A stretch of DNA of 61,032 nt, counting the filler, from Sanchytrium tribonematis (taxonomy: Eukaryota): assembly GCA_018985235.1 (NCBI GenBank). It is 8 parts of 8 records of this genome, joined end to end, with 100 filler letters (N's around TTAATTAATTAA, not from the genome) between each part and the next. Parts side by side here need not be neighbours in the genome. Positions count along the whole stretch, not along the records: positions 51,122 to 56,027 come from JADGIG010000662.1; positions 56,128 to 61,032 come from JADGIG010000663.1; 6 more parts are not named here. One strand, written 5' to 3'. Under the pieces are notes generated by a model. It made no database searches. It worked only from the letters and a program-made list of their open reading frames with translations, and was not told where the DNA came from. Shown piece after piece: positions 55,275 through 61,032 of the stretch (its first letter is position 1; each line of letters starts with the position of its first letter). The translations under genes and the position numbers were made by a program.

Positions 55275-55360
55275 CAAGAAGATGGGTAAAGTGGGTAATT
55301 TAAGCAGTTGAATTGAATTGAGAGACAGAGTCACTGTCCAATTAAATCACATCCATCTAT

Positions 55361-56027
55361 TTATTGTACCATACTTTCACTTCGATGATTCTTCTTCAAT
55401 GTCTTTTTCAATGGCATTTTCGCCAGTATTAACCCAATAAATAATAAGCTGCATCCCAGTCTAGCAACTTGACTGGTCTCATATTTCAATTTGAACTCGT
55501 TGATTGATCCATTCCATTTCTCAATACTGCTTGTAGATGTAAAATCTGTTTTCGATTTTAATGAAACAGTGTTTGAAATTATTTTTTGATACAATGTGCC
55601 ACTTGATTCTTGATTATCGACTGTTTTAGTCAATTTACTAACAAAAATCGGTCCTAAATTATTAAAAAAAACGTGTTTGAATTGTAAATACATCTGTAAT
55701 TGACTCTACAATGATTTCTTGCGTAGTATCAATTTGTGACTCTAAATTGCTAGTTGTCAAGGTTTCTAGACGAGTTTCTGGTGCAGCCAATGATCTGCTT
55801 GGTAGTTTGGTGATTATTGTTGTCTCTATTGCGCTTAAACTAGTCTTTTTCGCTGTTGTCATACTAGAAGTACTATTGCTTGTTATTGTATTATATAATC
55901 GCGTATATGCTTTCCCACATTGATATCCTGTATCCATAAATATCCCATTGATAGAACATGAATTTGCAAATGTTTTACCCCCAATGGTACCCAACATTGG
56001 ATTATTATCTAATTGACAATTTAATAA
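55361..56027 (-). CDS. C-terminal part of an LRR-cap/Ser-Thr-rich/TM surface protein (19-nt intron at 55654-55672)
   Basis: CQLDNNPMLG cap, S/T-rich stalk, TM segment and basic tail. The intron GTTTTTTTTAATAATTTAG joins ORFs 55662-55997 and 55361-55693 in frame. Confidence 0.7.
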
Positions 56028-56127
56028 NNNNNNNNNNNNNNNNNNNNNNNNNNNNNNNNNNNNNNNNNNNNTTAATTAATTAANNNNNNNNNNNNNNNNN
56101 NNNNNNNNNNNNNNNNNNNNNNNNNNN
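56028..56127. other. Artificial contig linker
   Basis: N44-TTAATTAATTAA-N44. Confidence 0.98.
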
Positions 56128-57681
56128 AATTATAAAGCTCCGAAATTTAATCAAATTGACTATTGTCTACAACACATCCTCAAAAGTGCATATTCCATAA
56201 ACGATCAAAGGATTGCCGCCACTTTAGTTCATTGTGGTGGGGGTATTGGCAGAGCTGGAACAATTTTAGCTTGTTACATTCTTCGCTTTGGGTTTGAAAT
56301 ACCTAACTTATGCATTATTTGTGCTGAGACTCCTTTAGATATTTTATGGCATTGCCAAAACTATTGCTGCACAAATCAGTTGCCCAAATTATCGACAGAG
56401 GATGCTATTCAAACCATAAGAAGGCTAAGACCAAATTCTATAGAGACCATCGAGCAGGAATTATGCATTAAGAAATACAGTTCTTACATTTATAAAAGAA
56501 GATTTAAAGAAGAGCCTCGATATCATGGTCCCGACTTACTAATCTCTGGAAACCTACCAAAAAAACCAAACTATATAATATGTTGCGGTTTGCCGGCTTC
56601 TGGAAAGTCATGGTTTTCAAAACAGTTGAGTAATTACAATATAGTTTGTCAAGACGAAATTGGAAGGCAATGTTTTTTGGCATCTTTAAACAAACAAAAG
56701 TACAAAGTTCTAGATAGATGCAATGTAACAAAAAATGATAGAAAAGAAATCTTGGAACTCCTCTTTACACCACAAAATACAATTTGTGTGTATTTTGACG
56801 CAAGTTTGGAGATTTGTGCCTATAGAGCCAATAGAAGGCTCAACCATCCAACTTTGGTGAATCCTGAAAATGCACTAAAACAATTTAATGAGACTTTTGA
56901 GCCACCCACTATTTCTGAAGGCTTTTCTGCAATTTGCACAGTCTCAACTTTTGAAGGGTCAAAGCAACTTTTGCAAAAACTAGGTGTGTCATTTCCAGAA
57001 GAATTTAAAAAATTTCCGAGAACCTCACATTTATTAAATTTTGGTTCAGCGACAAGAGATGATTTAGTACTTGGTAAATCCGATCAAGCTGCATTTCTGG
57101 ATCCATCCAAGGAATTTGTTTTATCTATTGAAGAGAAGATTGATGGTGCCAATTTAGGAATTCGCATTATTGATCACAATATTGTAGTCCAGAATAGATC
57201 ACATTATGTCAATTCATCTTCACATACACAATTTAAATCTTTGGACAATTGGATCACAAACCATGAAAATGAGATACGAAAAATTTGCAAAAATGACCTC
57301 ATTTTATTTGGGGAATGGATGGCTGCACAACATTCCATTCATTATACCAAACTTCCAGATATTTTCATTGCATTTGATCTTTATGATATAAAAAGAGGCA
57401 AATTTTACAGTCGAAATCTATTCAAGGCTGCGCTGGAAGAGACGAGCATTCGTACCGTACCCTCTATCGAATTTAATTTGCCATTAAGTGTGGATGATAT
57501 TAGGGTTATGATTTCGAAAAAATCCAATTATTATGATGGATCTATAGAAGGGATTTATTTGCGATTAGATAAAAACAATGAATTATTTGCAAGGTCAAAA
57601 GTGGTTAGATCTGATTTTATTAGCGGAAATGAACATTGGACAAAGGGTATTATAAAATGGAATGAAGGCTATAATAAATAA
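56128..57681 (+). CDS. Multidomain RNA repair protein: DSP/PTP phosphatase, P-loop polynucleotide kinase and ATP-dependent RNA ligase (5'-partial)
   Basis: Frame is open from the contig start. VHCGGGIGRAG (CX5R), CGLPASGKS and VLDRCN (AAA_33-type kinase), then KFPRTSHL, EEKIDGAN, LFGEW, AFDLYD and EGIY (nucleotidyltransferase motifs). Confidence 0.88.
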   Translation, partial: NYKAPKFNQIDYCLQHILKSAYSINDQRIAATLVHCGGGIGRAGTILACYILRFGFEIPNLCIICAETPLDILWHCQNYCCTNQLPKLSTEDAIQTIRRLRPNSIETIEQELCIKKYSSYIYKRRFKEEPRYHGPDLLISGNLPKKPNYIICCGLPASGKSWFSKQLSNYNIVCQDEIGRQCFLASLNKQKYKVLDRCNVTKNDRKEILELLFTPQNTICVYFDASLEICAYRANRRLNHPTLVNPENALKQFNETFEPPTISEGFSAICTVSTFEGSKQLLQKLGVSFPEEFKKFPRTSHLLNFGSATRDDLVLGKSDQAAFLDPSKEFVLSIEEKIDGANLGIRIIDHNIVVQNRSHYVNSSSHTQFKSLDNWITNHENEIRKICKNDLILFGEWMAAQHSIHYTKLPDIFIAFDLYDIKRGKFYSRNLFKAALEETSIRTVPSIEFNLPLSVDDIRVMISKKSNYYDGSIEGIYLRLDKNNELFARSKVVRSDFISGNEHWTKGIIKWNEGYNK

Positions 57682-57688
57682 TTTACTT

Positions 57689-58420
57689 TCAAATATACTG
57701 TCGTTGAGCGAATAAGGACAAGGGACTGACGCATCTAGAGACATCTCTGGAAATTGAAAAAGTTTGTTCCACTCCTTCCATCAATGACTCATGTTCTTCA
57801 TTAATTTCTTCAATAACTACACTCTCAACATAGCTTAGCTGCTCATTTTCAGTTTGAAATTGCAAAGAACCCAACTGAATATGCTCCTGATGTGTCTTCA
57901 ATACGTGATTAAAGTAGTCGAACAATCTGCTAAATGGAGTATTGCAACTATAGCAGAATAAGGCATAGGAAGGAGATTTTGTTTTACCCTGTTTTTCTCT
58001 TTTCCGTGTGTGTGATTGAATGTGGTAGTTGTAATTGTTGCGATGTGCAAACGCCTTGCCACACTCACCACAAACGTAGTCGTAAGCTTTTAAATGTGCT
58101 GTTTGGATATGCTTTGATAAAGACTGATTTTGCAAATAAGATTTGTCGCAGCCATCATAAGGACAGATAAAGATTTCTCGAAAATGCACCTTGTCTAGAT
58201 GTTTCCTCAGACATTTTGGCTTATCATCACAAAGCATACAATCCTTTTCATTGCCATGTTGCTCCAAACAATGATTTTTCAAGTGCTCACCCTGATATCC
58301 ACACAATTTGCATTGGAGGTGCAATTGTTGGTGAGCAATATGCTGCGGGTGGGAATATATTTTTGCATCGCATATATCACAAATCCTTAAGAATCTGTTA
58401 AATTTCTTGGTAGATGCCAT
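57689..58420 (-). CDS. C2H2 zinc-finger protein
   Basis: Multiple CxxC...HxxxH fingers, e.g. CPYDGCDKSY...HIQTAH and CGECGKAF...HIQSH. Confidence 0.88.
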   Translation of the reverse strand: MASTKKFNRFLRICDICDAKIYSHPQHIAHQQLHLQCKLCGYQGEHLKNHCLEQHGNEKDCMLCDDKPKCLRKHLDKVHFREIFICPYDGCDKSYLQNQSLSKHIQTAHLKAYDYVCGECGKAFAHRNNYNYHIQSHTRKREKQGKTKSPSYALFCYSCNTPFSRLFDYFNHVLKTHQEHIQLGSLQFQTENEQLSYVESVVIEEINEEHESLMEGVEQTFSISRDVSRCVSPLSLFAQRQYI

Positions 58421-58515
58421 TTTACAATATTTGAAACACGGTTTACATTCCTTAAATATGTTGTGAATTTGTTCAAAAATATTTATTTTGCTAAAGGAAA
58501 AAGTCATGATTTTAA

Positions 58516-59739
58516 TTAGTTTTCGATGAATTCCTTGAGACTCTGCATGTATTCCATTTCAAGTTCTGAGAATTCTAATTTGAATAGGGTATTATAGAGG
58601 TCTCGGTGCGATTTAAATAATGCGGCAATCAAGCTAATCATGTGTGGCTCTCTAACTTCTGCAGCGATGGACCAAAATGTTGCCGAATTGAAACCAAAAG
58701 AGTCAACATCAAAGTCAAACTCAACGATTTCACCAAATTCATTTCCCACAGCAACATACCTGTCTGAATATTCAGTGACATCACTTGAGACTTCCAACCA
58801 TATATCGCAAAAAGATTGGCTATACGACTTTATACTGTAATGTTCGCAATTATTCCTCAAAAATTTAAAATATTCTAGCCATTCGTCAGCAGGTGCCCCC
58901 ATCATTAAAGCAATTGTGCAGGATTTAAGTTTAAAAGCTGGTACTCGAAATGGCGTTTGCTCTAAAGTTATAACTAATTCTGTCACAGTTTCTGCAAACT
59001 TGAAATTATCAACATATGAAAGAGTCGTTAAATTCTCAAAATTAGAAAAATCTACGAATGGAGCGGTCCCGATGAGCATGTCTGACTTTCCAAACAAAAA
59101 ATTTTTTACGTTGGGGAAGATAACGCAAAATTGATCCAACATATCTTGATCAAAAAATGTATCACTTTCACAATCAACTTTTAATACATTCGGAACTACA
59201 TAATCTATTTTTTCAAATTTTGAAACTACTCTTATACAAATTTCCAATTCAATTTGTGGTGACCAGCGTTGTAGTTGTGGCAAAAAGTAAGGAAGATCTT
59301 TTGAATCCCAAAGTTGTGCATCAAAATATTTAAATTTGTTACTACTCATCTTCAATCTAATTAAATTATTAATTTTCACAAAATTTTGTAACCTTCTGTC
59401 TGGATAATTTGGAGACAACGATACTTTTTCAAGATTTTTAAATTTTTCGAAAGGCAATTGTATAATAATGGGGAAGTCTTTACTGCGATAAGATAGATCT
59501 AATTCTATAATCCAATTTCCATATGGATAAAGTTTAGACCGAAACGGCCTAAGAATTTTGCTGCTAAAATTCATACAAGGATTAAATTTTTTATAAAAAT
59601 TCATTTTGAGGTACCTTTCAGTAATTTCTTTGTTAATAAATTGGGGAAGTCTCCTGTAATACGGCGCATCTTGAGCTTTGCATTGATGTAGTATCTTGTA
59701 AACAATTTCTATAGGAATATTCTTTTGGTCGCTGTTCAT
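58516..59739 (-). CDS. F-box-like protein with degenerate LRR-like repeats
   Basis: N-terminal IPIEIVYKIL (F-box start) and FPNVKNF/FENLTTL segments. Confidence 0.55.
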   Translation of the reverse strand: MNSDQKNIPIEIVYKILHQCKAQDAPYYRRLPQFINKEITERYLKMNFYKKFNPCMNFSSKILRPFRSKLYPYGNWIIELDLSYRSKDFPIIIQLPFEKFKNLEKVSLSPNYPDRRLQNFVKINNLIRLKMSSNKFKYFDAQLWDSKDLPYFLPQLQRWSPQIELEICIRVVSKFEKIDYVVPNVLKVDCESDTFFDQDMLDQFCVIFPNVKNFLFGKSDMLIGTAPFVDFSNFENLTTLSYVDNFKFAETVTELVITLEQTPFRVPAFKLKSCTIALMMGAPADEWLEYFKFLRNNCEHYSIKSYSQSFCDIWLEVSSDVTEYSDRYVAVGNEFGEIVEFDFDVDSFGFNSATFWSIAAEVREPHMISLIAALFKSHRDLYNTLFKLEFSELEMEYMQSLKEFIEN

Positions 59740-60189
59740 TTCGGATATTTTGAACGTATCAATCACCCCTATTATCACATCTTATTTATGTTTTCTGGCT
59801 AAATTGTCGTTAGATTTGTCCCTTTGCAAATAAGTTTTAAGAACGTCCACCAAAAATTGAAAACATGGTTGAATTTGAGCATGAAACGATTCCCAGAAAC
59901 GAATTTCAAGCTTTGATTGGAAAGAAACAAACAAACACATTCTTCAAATTAAAGTCCATTCTCAAGCCTATCTTTAGTATCAATAGATAATCTGACTGGT
60001 ATTGTGCTAACATAAGCAATTTAATGAAGCAAGCACGAGTGAAATTTATACCGTTCAAAATTTAAAGAATCATTATTAGACCTCATGAAAATAGCATCAT
60101 TCAGGAAGATCAATAATTATATTCCAGAATTACTCCACTTATTGAATATTGGACGTAGATATTAACTTTCCTCTCGCAGAATATCTTAA

Positions 60190-60615
60190 TGCAGCTTCAA
60201 AAGAGCAGTAAAACCTTTTTACTCTGCCTACGATATCTTAATTGGATTAGCCCAAGATTACAGAGCCTTTGTTAAAGATACCCTAGAAGATACAAATCAA
60301 TTTATAGTTGGAATTTCTCAATATAGACTCTCTTTCGTCAGAAAATTTGAGGCTAAAGAATTGCAAAGATTTGGCAAGCGCGTGGTAGAAATTGTGAAAA
60401 ATTATAACATTCGTCGAAAATCATCTTTTGACTTATTTACAATGGATATTATCAGTTTTGACTTAATTTCGATATATTTAATAGAGCTAAATAGTTTCGG
60501 AGGGAACACAGGATGCGGTAGCGCTTTATTTGAATGGGAAAGCGATTTTGATGTATTATATGGTGATTCGCAACGCGTTAAACAATGCAATATTTTATAC
60601 AAAACTTTTTATTGA
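60190..60615 (+). pseudogene. CDC123/R2K-like ATP-grasp fragment, probably degraded
   Basis: In-frame DYRAFV, VGISQY, FTMDI and LIELNSFG...GSALFEW..D..LYG. The upstream part is interrupted by stops. Confidence 0.55.
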
Positions 60616-60656
60616 AAAATTCGGTTCGACACTTGTCAAAATCACATTGACAATGA

Positions 60657-61032
60657 CTACTCTTCAATTTTCAAGTTTAAGAAAAATGAAAAGTCTAGAG
60701 GCCTAGAAACAGCACGAGAATGTCCTTCGTGATAAATATAAGTCAAAGGCTCTGCAATGTTTAGGTCTTCAGATGTGGGAATATTGCAGAATTGTCTTAG
60801 TCCAAACTTCTTCTTAATCACTGGGCCAGAGGTGTCAGCCTTTCTTTTTTGAGGAATTATAGCATCAAGACTTAGTCTTGGTCCAGTCAAAACTTTTTTC
60901 GCATTAACATTCTTCAATTTAGTTTTTTTCATTTTGTCAAGAAATTTATCGTCATCGTCTTGCACTTCTTCATCTTCTTCTATTATTTCTATTTCAGCTT
61001 CACCATAATCAGCCTGATTTGCTTCTTTCGGT
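60657..61032 (-). CDS. C-terminal part of an unknown acidic/basic protein
   Basis: Frame is open to the window end. Confidence 0.45.
   Translation of the reverse strand, partial: PKEANQADYGEAEIEIIEEDEEVQDDDDKFLDKMKKTKLKNVNAKKVLTGPRLSLDAIIPQKRKADTSGPVIKKKFGLRQFCNIPTSEDLNIAEPLTYIYHEGHSRAVSRPLDFSFFLNLKIEE

Noticed and set aside
4969..56127. Recurring TTAATTAATTAA flanked by N runs, as a biological repeat or CRISPR-like array
   Set aside because: It is an identical 100-nt six-frame-stop spacer used to concatenate contigs. ORFs with X runs and any gene neighbourhood across these linkers are artefacts.

Overview
This window is not one locus. It is eight AT-rich contigs joined by seven artificial 100-nt linkers (44 N + TTAATTAATTAA + 44 N), so adjacency across a linker means nothing. 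The genes are eukaryotic and fungus-like: two class IV chitin synthases, PEX6, FOX2/MFE2, RIB3, Pumilio, CAND1, RIX7, KRE33/NAT10, TPP2, aconitase, TFIIS, RPN6, myotubularin, a Bem1-like scaffold and nuclear-encoded mitochondrial S2/S4. The genome is very compact, with often only 1-30 nt between genes. An early-diverging fungus or opisthosporidian is my inference and cannot be confirmed from the sequence. The strongest unexpected signal is a set of ultra-short GT-AG introns found by hand: eight of 19-21 nt and one of 27 nt. They repair broken genes, and all nine have an A exactly 6 nt from the 3' end, suggesting a fixed branch-point geometry. Other notable items: CCC/GGG runs just upstream of many start codons, a GGCT-PEX6 fusion, a phosphatase-kinase-RNA ligase repair protein, a Crinkler/RHS-type NTPase-nuclease, a 5'-truncated LINE that runs into a sense-strand T25 tract and interrupts an LRR gene, a 7x CCCH repeat protein and a bacterial-type SRPBCC gene. 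All calls come from motif recognition by eye; no searches were run.
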